From an uncultured delta proteobacterium (lineage in GTDB: Bacteria; Myxococcota; Myxococcia; Myxococcales; Myxococcaceae), in the NCBI GenBank assembly GCA_963776345.1, contig CAVZMH010000013.1, positions 215,108 through 279,107 on the forward strand: a stretch of DNA of 64,000 nucleotides. The letters are read 5' to 3'. This document shows positions 9,835 through 19,501 of this stretch, in pieces (position 1 is the first letter of the stretch; every line of letters begins with the position of its first letter). The position numbers and the translations under genes are program-made. Under the pieces are notes generated by a model, which saw nothing but the letters and a program-made list of their open reading frames with translations, made no database searches and was not told where the DNA came from.

Positions 9835-10749
9835 TCAGAGACCGAATCGATGGGCGGCGTAGAATCCGTCCACGAAGAGCCCGACCTTGTGTTCGCGATC
9901 GATGGGCTCGGCCAGGGTCCCAGCTTCCCGCCGCTCCAGGAACGTTCGGACCGCCCGCTCGAGGTGATCGATCCCCGAACTCGAGAACGTGCCCAGCAGC
10001 TTGCTCACGATTTCCGGCCTCGAGAACTTGTGGGCGAGCATCAAGGCCGCTTCCCCGGAGTAGTACTTCTCGGCGTTCGAGGGGGCCCACCGCGCGTCGC
10101 TTCCCAGGCGTTTGTCGTGAAACACCACCGCCGAAGGCTGAAAGAGCACCCGATAGCCTGCCAGCCGAGCCCGCCAGGAGAAGTCGACGTCGTCGCAGTA
10201 CAGGAAGAACGAGTTCGAGTCGAAACCCTGCAGCTCCGCCATGACCCCGCGGGGGATGAGAGCACAGGCCGTGGTGGCCCATCCGGTCTCGCCGGTGCGA
10301 ACGTCGTAGTCCTTGGGATGCTCGACCGGAAGCTGCCGTGCCTCCACCATCCCGGTCCGGTGCAGGCCCAGAGGCTGCGCCAGCTGGATCAGCGCATCGG
10401 GGGCCAGCATCACGTCGGGGTTCATGATCAGGACGCAGTCCGTTGCCAGATCCTCCAGGAGACGGTTGTGACCGGCGGCCGATCCCAGATTGGCAGCGAA
10501 GAAGCGGTGGCCGATCGACCGGAGGCCCGGTGACTGCTGGCGAAGTCCCTCCAGGGCCTCTGCGCCGAGGGCGGGCTCCGGGGAGCAGTCGCCGTAGAGC
10601 AGCTCGACGGAGGAGAACGCCCCGGCGAAGATCGCCAGCTCGGCGGCGCGATTGAGGTGGACGATGCTCTGCCCCACTCCGGAGAGCTCGTTCTGGTAGA
10701 GGATGGAATGAACCCGAAGCGACGGCCTGGGACGCTCTGGATCGGTCAT
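9835..10749 (-). CDS. Glycosyltransferase family 2
   Basis: NLGSAAGHN, IMNPDV, GFDSNSFFLYCDDVDFSWR. ATG at 10749 is coupled to the epimerase stop. Confidence 0.88.
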   Translation of the reverse strand: MTDPERPRPSLRVHSILYQNELSGVGQSIVHLNRAAELAIFAGAFSSVELLYGDCSPEPALGAEALEGLRQQSPGLRSIGHRFFAANLGSAAGHNRLLEDLATDCVLIMNPDVMLAPDALIQLAQPLGLHRTGMVEARQLPVEHPKDYDVRTGETGWATTACALIPRGVMAELQGFDSNSFFLYCDDVDFSWRARLAGYRVLFQPSAVVFHDKRLGSDARWAPSNAEKYYSGEAALMLAHKFSRPEIVSKLLGTFSSSGIDHLERAVRTFLERREAGTLAEPIDREHKVGLFVDGFYAAHRFGL

Positions 10750-11801
10750 CGGAGTCCGTCCATCCACGCGCACAGACGGCGCAGACCATCGTCCAGCGAC
10801 ACCTGCGGTCGATAGTCCAGGTCGGTCCGGGCCAGGGCCACCGAGCAGGACGCGTGCCGGACGTCACCTTGCCGAAAAGCCCCCGTTATCTGGGGCGGCG
10901 GAGCCGAATAGATGCCGGCGATGATCGAGGCCAACTCGGCGATGGTGGCGGATCGGCCGCTTCCGACGTCCACGGTTCGAACTCCCTCTGGTGGCTTCTC
11001 GATTGCACGAACGAGGGCACCGCAAACATCGTCGATGAACACGAAGTCGCGCGTCATCCGGCCATCCTCATAGAGGGGAATCGACTTGCCCTCCCGGGCC
11101 AGTCTGGCAAAGAGCGTGACGATCCCGGTGTAAGGGTTGGTCAAGGACTGACCGGGGCCGTAGACGTTCTGCAGGCGCAGGACGCTGAGCCTGACCCCGA
11201 AAGCGCCGACCCAGCAGGAGAGCATCTGCTCCTGGGCCAGCTTCGTCACACCGTAGATGCTGGTCGGGTTTGGCTCGGTGATGCCGGCCGAGAAAGGAAG
11301 AGGCTCCGCGTCTGGAAAATCCCACTGGCCTCCTTCGAGCATCGCCGCATCTCGCTGGCCCGGGTAGTAGCTGACGCCATCCGAACGCCGTCGCCAGGCG
11401 CCTTCACCGTAGACGGCACGACTGCTGGTCAGCACGACCTGGCGGGGAAGTGTGCGACGCTGCGCCAGCGCATCCAGGAGCCGGGCCAGGCCGACGACGT
11501 TGACCTCGGCGTGTCGGGACGCCTCGGTGAGCGACTGGCCGGTCCCGGTCTCGGCGGCCAGGTGAAGAACGACGGTCGGTGTCCAGCGATCGAGGACTTC
11601 GTCCCAGGTCCGTGAATCGCAGATGTCCGACTGCACCAGCTTCGCCCGTGGATCGAGCGCTTCAGGCCGTACCCGCCGAGCGTGGACCTGTGGATGCAGG
11701 TTGTCGACCACCACCACGTTCTCGAAGCGGTCGCTCAGGGAGCTCGAGACCGCGCACCCGATGAACCCAGCGCCTCCGGTGATCAGGCAGCATTCGTTCA
11801 T
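10746..11801 (-). CDS. NAD-dependent sugar-nucleotide epimerase/dehydratase
   Basis: ITGGAGFIG, HLAAETGTGQS, SSRAVYGEG, YGVTK, QNVYGPGQ, RDFVFIDD. Confidence 0.92.
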   Translation of the reverse strand: MNECCLITGGAGFIGCAVSSSLSDRFENVVVVDNLHPQVHARRVRPEALDPRAKLVQSDICDSRTWDEVLDRWTPTVVLHLAAETGTGQSLTEASRHAEVNVVGLARLLDALAQRRTLPRQVVLTSSRAVYGEGAWRRRSDGVSYYPGQRDAAMLEGGQWDFPDAEPLPFSAGITEPNPTSIYGVTKLAQEQMLSCWVGAFGVRLSVLRLQNVYGPGQSLTNPYTGIVTLFARLAREGKSIPLYEDGRMTRDFVFIDDVCGALVRAIEKPPEGVRTVDVGSGRSATIAELASIIAGIYSAPPPQITGAFRQGDVRHASCSVALARTDLDYRPQVSLDDGLRRLCAWMDGLR

Positions 11802-12874
11802 GCCGGGCCACCCTGGGCGACGGCGGGAGTCGTCCGACGACGGCCGGGCTTCATCGCCAGCATCCGCTTCTCGACCAGGTGCCACGAGAGCACGGCGAAC
11901 AGCAGCGCCGCCAGACCGGCGATCGCTGCGTTCTGCAGCGCGGTCATCGGGCGAGGCCAGAGAAAGTTGACGGTCTGCTGCAGCGGGAACCCGTAGAGGT
12001 ACAGGCCATAGGAGAAATCGCCCCACCGACCGGCCCGGGAGAAGACTGGAGCTGGCACCAAGGCGAACGAGAGGATCGCGTATGGGGCCAGGAGGTACTG
12101 TCCGAGCTCCATGGCCAGCGCCGTCGACGGCTGCAGGAAGATTCCGATTCCGAGGAGGCCGAGGGCCACCACCGGCGATAGAAACCGCCGCAGGCCGTAG
12201 AACTGGTACGAAGCTCCCAGGAGAAAGTACGGGGCGGCGTCGAGAGCAGAGGCGAGACTGGTCCCGTAGATCACCACGGTCGGATGCGCGACACCCGCCC
12301 GGTTCCAGTAGAGGCTCCAGCCACAGAGAGCAACAGTCGCCAGGGCGGGAAGCCAGCGGACCCGGAGCTTCACCCCCAGGGCGCAAAGCATGGGGAACAT
12401 CACGTACATGGCGAACTCCACCGGCAGGCTCCACAACGAGCCATTCACCGCTCCCGGATAGGGAAGCCGGTCGAAGACGCCAGGGAGATCGTAGGAGGGG
12501 CGAAGCGCGACGTTGCTGAAGTAGGCCGCCACCCTAGGATTCGCCAGATACGAGGACAGCGGGAGGGTCGTCACCAGCGGCCCGAGAACGAGGGCGGACA
12601 GCGCCACCACCACCGCCAGCGCAGGGAAGATCCTCAGTGCTCGCTTGGAGAAATAGCGAAAGGGATTCGGATCGGAGAGCCAGCTCGCGGCGATCAGGAA
12701 GCCGCTGATCACGAAGAAGACCTTCACCCCGAATGACTGGACGGAGTTTCCCCAGAAGGCGGCGTCAGCGGTTCGGGTGAGCGGATGAGCATGGCCGTAG
12801 ATCACCGCCGCCGCCGCGATCAGCCTCACCGAGTCGAAGTTGTTCTCGCGGTGCGTTGGCAGTGCCTGGCTCAT
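11798..12874 (-). CDS. Acyltransferase family 3 (OafA-like O-acyltransferase)
   Basis: FDSVRLIAA, VKVFFVISGFLI, KRALRIFP, NGSLWSLPVE, SYGLYL, SWHLVEK. Confidence 0.92.
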   Translation of the reverse strand: MSQALPTHRENNFDSVRLIAAAAVIYGHAHPLTRTADAAFWGNSVQSFGVKVFFVISGFLIAASWLSDPNPFRYFSKRALRIFPALAVVVALSALVLGPLVTTLPLSSYLANPRVAAYFSNVALRPSYDLPGVFDRLPYPGAVNGSLWSLPVEFAMYVMFPMLCALGVKLRVRWLPALATVALCGWSLYWNRAGVAHPTVVIYGTSLASALDAAPYFLLGASYQFYGLRRFLSPVVALGLLGIGIFLQPSTALAMELGQYLLAPYAILSFALVPAPVFSRAGRWGDFSYGLYLYGFPLQQTVNFLWPRPMTALQNAAIAGLAALLFAVLSWHLVEKRMLAMKPGRRRTTPAVAQGGPA

Positions 12875-13800
12875 CGGCGGCGGATCCAGATGCTCCCCCC
12901 GGGGTTCTCCAGGCAGAGAGGGAAGTCACGCTCGAACAGCGGTCGATGGTGTTCTTCCAGGAAGGTATTGAACAGGACGATCTCGAAGTCCGAGTTGAAC
13001 TGGAGGAACGCGCGCAGCAGATACGCCTCGCCCCACACGCGGCCCTCCTGGACCCAGCCCTCCAAGTATTCGAAGGGGTAGAAGATGTCGTGGAAGTGGA
13101 CGTACACCCCTGGGGCAAGCACCGGGAGCACTTCGAAGACGAGCCGGTTGACGTCGCTGCCGATCTTGACCACGTGGGTCGAGTCGATGAACAGGATGTC
13201 GTTTCGACCGAGCCTCCGGAAGACATCCAGCGAAACGTCCTGAGCGGCCACCGGGAGCAGCTCGATCCGACCTTCATCGCCAGGATGCAGGAGCGATCGG
13301 AGCGACTCGGGATAGGGCTCGACGCAGGTCATCTCCACCGATCGATCGAGAAAGCGGTCGATCGTATCGAGGGCGACACAGGACGAGTATCCGGATCCGA
13401 CCTCCACGATGCGACGTGGAGCGACGTGTCGAAGCATGAAGTGAAAGAACAGGGCATCCGAGTAGGAGTACTGTGGGTTCTCGAAGTAATAGCGAAGACC
13501 CTCGGTCTTCAAGGGGCGGAAGGGCTGCTCGGCATAGTACGGTTTGAAGCGTTCGAGCAGCTGCAGCTGGGCGGCTTCCCGCAGATCGATGCCCGGAAGC
13601 TCCTTCACGCTCCGGTCGAAGAGGGTCCCCGCGCGGCGGCCAACTTCCTCGAGATCGGGGATGGGGCTGTAGAAGTGGCCGGGGGGGGAGAAGCGAAGAG
13701 CCGGGTGAAGCCTCGAGGCCTCCGCCGACCCCGCCGGGCGAGGCTCGGTGGACGGCTGTCCGCGAAGACGTTGAGCCACCTTTTCCAGTCGGCGAAACAC
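12871..13800 (-). CDS. Class I SAM-dependent methyltransferase (Methyltransf_24-like)
   Basis: PGHFYSPIP, VEVGSGYSS, DILFIDSTHVVKIGSDV, HFHDIFYPFEY. Start is uncertain (GTG 13800 or ATG 13833). Confidence 0.85.
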   Translation of the reverse strand: MFRRLEKVAQRLRGQPSTEPRPAGSAEASRLHPALRFSPPGHFYSPIPDLEEVGRRAGTLFDRSVKELPGIDLREAAQLQLLERFKPYYAEQPFRPLKTEGLRYYFENPQYSYSDALFFHFMLRHVAPRRIVEVGSGYSSCVALDTIDRFLDRSVEMTCVEPYPESLRSLLHPGDEGRIELLPVAAQDVSLDVFRRLGRNDILFIDSTHVVKIGSDVNRLVFEVLPVLAPGVYVHFHDIFYPFEYLEGWVQEGRVWGEAYLLRAFLQFNSDFEIVLFNTFLEEHHRPLFERDFPLCLENPGGSIWIRRR

Positions 13801-13900
13801 CCCGCCGCCGCGACCTCGTGAAATTGATGGCATGGTTGGCGCGGTGTATACCGCCCCGCGACCGGCAACGGTCAGACCATCCGGTTCGCCAGCTCTCATC

Positions 13901-15517
13901 ATGCGAGAAAGAGTCGAGCACGCGGCGGGCCGAGGCCCGAGCAGGAGTGCTCCGGCGGAACACCGGCCGAGACTGCTCATCTTCGTCATCGCCTACCAGG
14001 CGGAGTCCACCCTGGTCCAGGTCCTGGAGCGCATCCCCCGCTCCGTCTTCCGCGACTGGGACTGCGAGATCCTCGTCGTCGACGACGCCTCGCGCGACCG
14101 GACCTTCGACATCGGCCGCGCGTACCAGGAATCCCACCCCGACCTCCCGCTCACCGTCCTCCGCAACACCTACAACCAGGGCTACGGCGGGAACCAGAAG
14201 GTCGGCTACGCCTACGCCATCGCCGAGGGGTTCGACGTCGTGGCCATGGTCCACGGCGACGGGCAGTACGCCCCGGAGGAGCTCCCCCGCCTCCTCGAGC
14301 CATTGCGCCAGGACCGGGCGGATGCCGTCTTCGGCAGCCGGATGATGTCCCGGTTCGCGGCGCTCAAGGGCGGCATGCCGCTCTACAAGTTCGTGGGGAA
14401 CAAGATCCTCACCACGTTCCAGAACGCCGTCCTCGGCACCCGGCTCTCCGAGTTCCACTCCGGCTACCGGCTCTACCGCGTGTCGACGCTCGCCCGGCTC
14501 CCCCTGGAGCTCAACTCCAACGACTTCCACTTCGACACCGAGATCATCCTCCAGCTGCTCAACGCCGGCTCCCGCATCGTCGAGCTCCCCATCCCGACCT
14601 ACTACGGCAGCGAGATCTCCCGCGTGAACGGGCTGGTCTACGCGAAGAACGTCGCGCTCGCCACGCTCCGCAACGCCGCCCACCGCGCCGGCATCCTCTA
14701 CCAGCGCAAGTACGACGTGGGACCCGCCGACGACCACGGCCACTACGCCCCGAAGCTCGGGTACCCCTCCAGCCACACCTACGCGCTGGACGCCGTCCCG
14801 GCGAGGAGCCGGGTGATGGACCTCGGCACCGGCCCGGGACACCTCGCCCGTGAGCTCGTGGACAAGGGATGCACGGTCACCCTGGTGGACCGACTCCCGC
14901 CCACCGAGGTGCCCCGAGGCGCCGAGGTCGTCCTCCGCGACCTGAACGCGGACCCGCTGGAGCTCGACCTCTCGCGGATCGACGTCCTGCTCCTCCTCGA
15001 CGTCCTCGAGCACCTGCATGAACCCGAGCGCTTCCTGGCCGCGCTCCGCCGCAACCTCGATCACCGCCCCCGCACCCTGGTCCTCACCACCCCGAACGTC
15101 GCCTTCGCCATCCAGCGGCTGATGCTGCTCGCCGGCCAGTTCAACTACGGCAAGGCAGGCATCCTCGACCGGACGCACGCCCGGCTCTTCACCTTCCGGA
15201 GCCTGCGCCGGCTCCTGGTCGACTCGGGGCTCCGCATCCGCGAGATCCGCGGCATCCCGGCGCCCTTCCCGAAGGCGGTCGGCGAGAACGCGCTCGGCAC
15301 GGGCCTCCTGAGACTCAACCAGGCGCTCATCCGCGTGAGCCCCACCCTGTTCAGCTACCAGATCTTCGTCGAGGCCGAGACCACACCCGACGTCGCCTAC
15401 GTCCTCGCCGACAGCCGGCAGTCCGCCGGCCCCGCGACGCTCGAGCGACCCAGGCGCGCCGCAGCCGCCCGGCGCGGAAAGACCTCGAAGGCCAGCCCGC
15501 GGAAGAAGCCCCGGTGA
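13901..15517 (+). CDS. GT2 (DPM1-like) fused to a class I methyltransferase
   Basis: VIAYQAE, VDDASRDRT, NQGYGGNQK, HGDGQYAPE, EFHSGYR, followed by MDLGTGPG, LDVLEH, TTPNVA, GILDRTH. Confidence 0.9.
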   Translation: MRERVEHAAGRGPSRSAPAEHRPRLLIFVIAYQAESTLVQVLERIPRSVFRDWDCEILVVDDASRDRTFDIGRAYQESHPDLPLTVLRNTYNQGYGGNQKVGYAYAIAEGFDVVAMVHGDGQYAPEELPRLLEPLRQDRADAVFGSRMMSRFAALKGGMPLYKFVGNKILTTFQNAVLGTRLSEFHSGYRLYRVSTLARLPLELNSNDFHFDTEIILQLLNAGSRIVELPIPTYYGSEISRVNGLVYAKNVALATLRNAAHRAGILYQRKYDVGPADDHGHYAPKLGYPSSHTYALDAVPARSRVMDLGTGPGHLARELVDKGCTVTLVDRLPPTEVPRGAEVVLRDLNADPLELDLSRIDVLLLLDVLEHLHEPERFLAALRRNLDHRPRTLVLTTPNVAFAIQRLMLLAGQFNYGKAGILDRTHARLFTFRSLRRLLVDSGLRIREIRGIPAPFPKAVGENALGTGLLRLNQALIRVSPTLFSYQIFVEAETTPDVAYVLADSRQSAGPATLERPRRAAAARRGKTSKASPRKKPR

Positions 15518-16914
15518 CGGGAGCACGGGCCGAGGCGGCCGCTCCCGCGCTCGCGCTCCCCGGGAGCGCCACGCGCGCGTTCCTCCTCTCGGTTGCCGCG
15601 GTGTTCCTCGGCCAGGCATTGCAGATCAACAACGGCAACGGTCACCCGGAGGCGTGGCCGTACGTCTTCGCCACCCTGGTCGCCGTCGCCCTCGCCGCGC
15701 TGTCCCCGCCGTGGCCCACCGTGGAGGCGGCGGGGGACCAGCTCCCGGTCCTGGTCCTCGGCGTCGGCCTGGCGCTGCAGTTTTCGCAGCTGGTCGTCAG
15801 TCCGCCCGGCTACTACGTCCGCCCCATCCCGGGGTTTCGCGAGTTCTTCGCCATCCTCGCCGCTGCGGCGGTGGTGTCCGGGGCCGCGCTCTCTCGCCGG
15901 CCCGCGCTCGGCGCCTACCAGGGGCCGGCGCTGGTGCTGCTCTTCGCGCTCGCCGGCTGGTGGATGATCCGCGCGTCCTACCCGCCACAGATCGACGTCT
16001 TCGTCTTTCAGCAGGACAGCAGCCGCGCGCTGGTCCAGGGCCGGAACCCCTACGCCCTCACCTTCCCCAACATCTACGGGAACATGCAGTTCTACGGGCC
16101 CGGCATCGCCGACCAGCGCACCGTCTTCATCGGCTATCCGTACTTTCCCCTTTCCCTGCTCCTCGCGCTCCCGGGCTGGCTCGTCGCGGGGGACTTCCGC
16201 GTGGCGCAGCTCGCCGGCTGCGCCGTCGCCGCCGCGGCCTTCATCGGGCTCGCACCCGGGCGACTCCCGCTGCTCGCCGCCGCCCTGCTCCTCTTCACCC
16301 CGAGGATGTTCTTCGTCCTGGAGCAGGGCTGGACCGAGCCCTTCGGCGTGGCGCTCCTGGCGCTGGTCACCCTCGCCGCCATGCGGCGCTCGCGCTGGCT
16401 GCCCGTCGCGCTCGGCCTTCTCTTCGCGTGGAAGCAGTACACGGTCCTGTTCCTTCCACTGGCGGCGCTCCTCGTGCCCCGGCCGTTCCGCTGGCGCGCC
16501 TACGCCCGGCTGGTCATCCCGGCGGTCGCCGTCGCCGCGGTCATCACCCTGCCCTTCTTCCTCTGGAACCCCGCCGCGTTCTGGAAGAGCGTGGTCCTCG
16601 CCCAGTTCGCCCAGCCCTTCCGGATGGAGGCCCTCTCGCTCCCGGCCTGGTGGGTGGTGGAGAAGCACCACCCCCAGTTCAACGTCCTGCCCTGGATGGT
16701 CGGGGGCACGCTCGTCGCTCTCGTGGCCGTCCTCGCACGAGGCCGGAGCGGACCCACCGCCTTCGTGACCGGCTCGGCGCTGGTCTACGCGGTCTTCATC
16801 GCGCTCTCGAAGCAATCCTTCTGCAACTACTGGTGGTTCGTCCTCGGCGCGCTCTGCTGTGGGATCGCCGCCAGCGCCACTCCGGCGCGGCCGGAACCGG
16901 TCGAGTCCGGCTGA
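15514..16914 (+). CDS. Polytopic membrane protein, GT-C/GT87-like
   Basis: More than 10 hydrophobic segments, with IDVFVFQ, GRNPY, YPYFP, GWTEP and WKQY motifs. Start overlaps the upstream GT2 stop. Confidence 0.65.
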   Translation: MTGARAEAAAPALALPGSATRAFLLSVAAVFLGQALQINNGNGHPEAWPYVFATLVAVALAALSPPWPTVEAAGDQLPVLVLGVGLALQFSQLVVSPPGYYVRPIPGFREFFAILAAAAVVSGAALSRRPALGAYQGPALVLLFALAGWWMIRASYPPQIDVFVFQQDSSRALVQGRNPYALTFPNIYGNMQFYGPGIADQRTVFIGYPYFPLSLLLALPGWLVAGDFRVAQLAGCAVAAAAFIGLAPGRLPLLAAALLLFTPRMFFVLEQGWTEPFGVALLALVTLAAMRRSRWLPVALGLLFAWKQYTVLFLPLAALLVPRPFRWRAYARLVIPAVAVAAVITLPFFLWNPAAFWKSVVLAQFAQPFRMEALSLPAWWVVEKHHPQFNVLPWMVGGTLVALVAVLARGRSGPTAFVTGSALVYAVFIALSKQSFCNYWWFVLGALCCGIAASATPARPEPVESG

Positions 16915-16915
16915 G

Positions 16916-17536
16916 TCACCGCCCGGGCACACCCCACAGCTCGAGCACCGCCTTCTCCCGCGCGAGCACCACGTCCACCGCAGCGTCCCCCCACTTCGCC
17001 CTCACCTCGGAGAGCGTCCGTGCACGCTCCTGCTGCGCGCGGAGCCGTGCCACCGTCCGCTCCACCCCGGCCCGCTGGTCCGCAGGGAGCTGGTCCTTGG
17101 CCGCCTCCAGCGAGCGCAGCGCCTCCTCCAGCTCCGGCCCGCCCGATCCCGCGCGCGCCAGCGCCACCTCCGCCGTGAGCGACTCCAGCGCCTGCACCTC
17201 GGCCGGCGTCAGCCCCGCGTCCACGCGCACGGCCTGCGCTCGCTCCGTCCGCCTCCGCAGCCCGGCATAGGCCTCCTCGAGCGCCCTGGCTCCCCCGTCC
17301 ACCGTCTGGGACAGCCGCCGGACCTCCCGCGAGGAGGGCGCCGGCTCACCCCGGAGCAGCCGTTCGTAGGCGAGAAACCCGTCGAGCTTGGAGACGGTCA
17401 GCTGCAGGCCCGCATCGGGACCGGACGCGACCGCGGCGACTGGACCCGCATCCACCGTGCGCTCGGGGGCCTGCGGCCTCCGGCACGAGGCCGCCGCCAG
17501 GAAGAGGAACGCCGCCGCGAGCCAGGGTCTGCGCAT
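16916..17536 (-). CDS. Hypothetical lipoprotein
   Basis: MRRPWLAAAFLFLAAAS-C signal peptide and lipobox, followed by a helical domain. Confidence 0.65.
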   Translation of the reverse strand: MRRPWLAAAFLFLAAASCRRPQAPERTVDAGPVAAVASGPDAGLQLTVSKLDGFLAYERLLRGEPAPSSREVRRLSQTVDGGARALEEAYAGLRRRTERAQAVRVDAGLTPAEVQALESLTAEVALARAGSGGPELEEALRSLEAAKDQLPADQRAGVERTVARLRAQQERARTLSEVRAKWGDAAVDVVLAREKAVLELWGVPGR

Positions 17537-17611
17537 CGACTCCCTTCTGCCATACCCTTTGACCGTCTCGGGCACGCTCGTGTACGACCCGCGCTCCAGG
17601 GGAGGGTTGTC

Positions 17612-18106
17612 GTGAAGCTGTACTTGGTGCGCCACGCTCAGGCCGACTCCGAGGTCCCCGAGGGCCTGGACGACGGCGCCCGGCCCCTCACCGGCAAGGG
17701 CCGCCATGCCGCCGAGAAGCACTTCCGCGGCCTCCACAAGCGGATGCACGGGGTGGACCTCGTGCTCATGAGCCCGCTCGTCCGGGCCGTCCAGACCGCG
17801 CAGATCCTCGCCCTGGTCCAGGAGCTGGACGTGCCGCTCCGGGCGCACCGGAGCCTCCTCCCGGACATGCCCACCGGGAGTCAGGAGGGCCTCCTGAAGG
17901 ACCACAAGGACGAGGACCTGGTCCTGGTCGGGCACAACCCGTCCATCCCCGCCATCGCCGCGCATCTGATGCAGCAGAGCCAGTTCCCCCGCGCCGTCCC
18001 TCCGGGCTCGGTCATCGCGCTCGAGCTCGAGAAGCACGACAAGCCGGCCCGTCTGCTCTTCTTCGCCGCGCCCGGCGAGGACGTGCTGGAGGAGCTCAAG
18101 CCATGA
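17612..18106 (+). CDS. sixA: SixA-like phosphohistidine phosphatase
   Basis: LYLVRHA, RPLTGKG, SPLVRAVQTA, LVGHNP. GGAGG RBS precedes the GTG. Confidence 0.85.
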   Translation: MKLYLVRHAQADSEVPEGLDDGARPLTGKGRHAAEKHFRGLHKRMHGVDLVLMSPLVRAVQTAQILALVQELDVPLRAHRSLLPDMPTGSQEGLLKDHKDEDLVLVGHNPSIPAIAAHLMQQSQFPRAVPPGSVIALELEKHDKPARLLFFAAPGEDVLEELKP

Positions 18107-18426
18107 TGGACGAGGCCCGCTACAACGGGCTCGTCGCCGGCCTGTGGAAGCGCATCCTCGCCGCGGTCGACCAGGTGGACCCCGACGTCCTCGACTCCGT
18201 GGCCACCACCGACATGGTGACCCTGACCTCCGCCTCGGGCGAGAAGGTGGTCATCAACACCCAGCGCGCCGTCCGGCAGATCTGGGTCGCCGGGAAGGGC
18301 ATGGGGCTCCACTTCTCGCTCGGCGACGACGGCCGCTGGATGGACGACAAGGGCAAGGGCATCGAGCTCCTCGGCTGGATCTCCGAGTGCGTGGCCGCGC
18401 TCACCGGCGAGCCGCTCCGGTACTGA
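18103..18426 (+). CDS. cyaY: Iron donor protein CyaY (frataxin)
   Basis: KVVINTQRAVRQIWVAG...GLHF...W; 107 aa. Confidence 0.88.
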   Translation: MMDEARYNGLVAGLWKRILAAVDQVDPDVLDSVATTDMVTLTSASGEKVVINTQRAVRQIWVAGKGMGLHFSLGDDGRWMDDKGKGIELLGWISECVAALTGEPLRY

Positions 18427-18505
18427 GCCCGATCGACCCGGCGCCCCTGCGCCGGTCCGCAGGCGTCCCCCTGGTGCGGGGGACTGAGCCCGATCGACCC
18501 GGCGC
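18422..18505. repeat. Perfect 23-bp direct repeat (x2) with a 38-bp spacer
   Basis: ACTGAGCCCGATCGACCCGGCGC at 18422-18444 and 18483-18505. Confidence 0.9.
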
Positions 18506-19501
18506 TCAGGCGATGAAGAGCCGGCTCTTCCGGCGGCGTCCACCCGCGTCCGGGCCGCCGCCGGCCGCCATCAGCGTCCGTCCCCCGCCCTCGGCCCGCG
18601 CCTGGGCCAGGACGTCGGTCGCGTCCCGGAACAGCTTTCCGAAGCTCAGGTCTCCGGCGCCTTCGGTGGGCACGTGGGCCGACACGCCCGCCGACGCCGT
18701 GAAGTAGGTTCGGTGAAGGCCGGTGAGCTTCTCCCGCAGACGCTCGGCCACCACCATCGCGCCGTCCGCCGGAGTGTGCGGCAGGAACACCACCCAGCTC
18801 CCGGGATGAAAGGCGGACACGAGATCCGTCTCGCGGAGGTGCTCGGCCAGCGTCTCCTTTGCCGAGGCGAGGAGCTTCTCCAGATCCGTCGTCTCCATCT
18901 CCGGGATCCCGGTGGCGAACACGTCATACGCCACGACGACGAAGGCCACCGGATAGCGGTACCGCCGGGAGCGCTTCACCTCGCGCGCCAGCAGCGAACG
19001 GAACGCCCCGAAGTCCGCGGCCTGGGTGGGGCCTCCGCTCGGATCGGGCATCAGCACCGGCTCGTCGTCGGCGCCGGGGCTCACCCCCTCGTCCCCCTCG
19101 GGCAGCTCGGCCGCCCGCCGCACCAGCCGCGCCTTCCCCCGGAGCTCGGTCAGGGCGAGCACGTTGCGGACGCAGGAGAGCACGCTCCCCGCCTTCAGCG
19201 GGCCCTGGAGACACGCCTCGGCGCCGGCTCGCAGCGCCCGGCCATCGGGGTCTCCCTCCTCGGGCGCGTAGACCAGGATGACGGGGAAGTCCGGGTCACG
19301 TGCCTTCAGCGCCGCGCACAGCGCCTCGGCGTCGAACCGCTCGGACTCGGAGGCGATGAGGAGGTCCGCCCCGAAGCTGGTCACCGCTTCGAGGGTCTCG
19401 TCCTCGTCGCGCGCAGCGCGCACCTCGTACTTGCTCTCCAGGAATCCCCGGAGGGCCGCGGCGACCGCAGGGCTGGCATCGGCGACGACGATCCGGCTCA
19501 T
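18506..19501 (-). CDS. Pseudo-receiver plus degenerate GGDEF protein
   Basis: REC-like N-terminus (RIVVAD...LLIAS). GGDEF-fold C-terminus (REVKRSRRYRYPVAFVVV, RETD, VAERLR, TASAGV) with the A-site replaced by HPGSW. Confidence 0.8.
   Translation of the reverse strand: MSRIVVADASPAVAAALRGFLESKYEVRAARDEDETLEAVTSFGADLLIASESERFDAEALCAALKARDPDFPVILVYAPEEGDPDGRALRAGAEACLQGPLKAGSVLSCVRNVLALTELRGKARLVRRAAELPEGDEGVSPGADDEPVLMPDPSGGPTQAADFGAFRSLLAREVKRSRRYRYPVAFVVVAYDVFATGIPEMETTDLEKLLASAKETLAEHLRETDLVSAFHPGSWVVFLPHTPADGAMVVAERLREKLTGLHRTYFTASAGVSAHVPTEGAGDLSFGKLFRDATDVLAQARAEGGGRTLMAAGGGPDAGGRRRKSRLFIA

Noticed and set aside
18422..18505. CRISPR array
   Set aside because: Only two repeats, the spacer rather than the repeat is structured, the repeat overlaps a stop codon, and there are no cas genes or leader.
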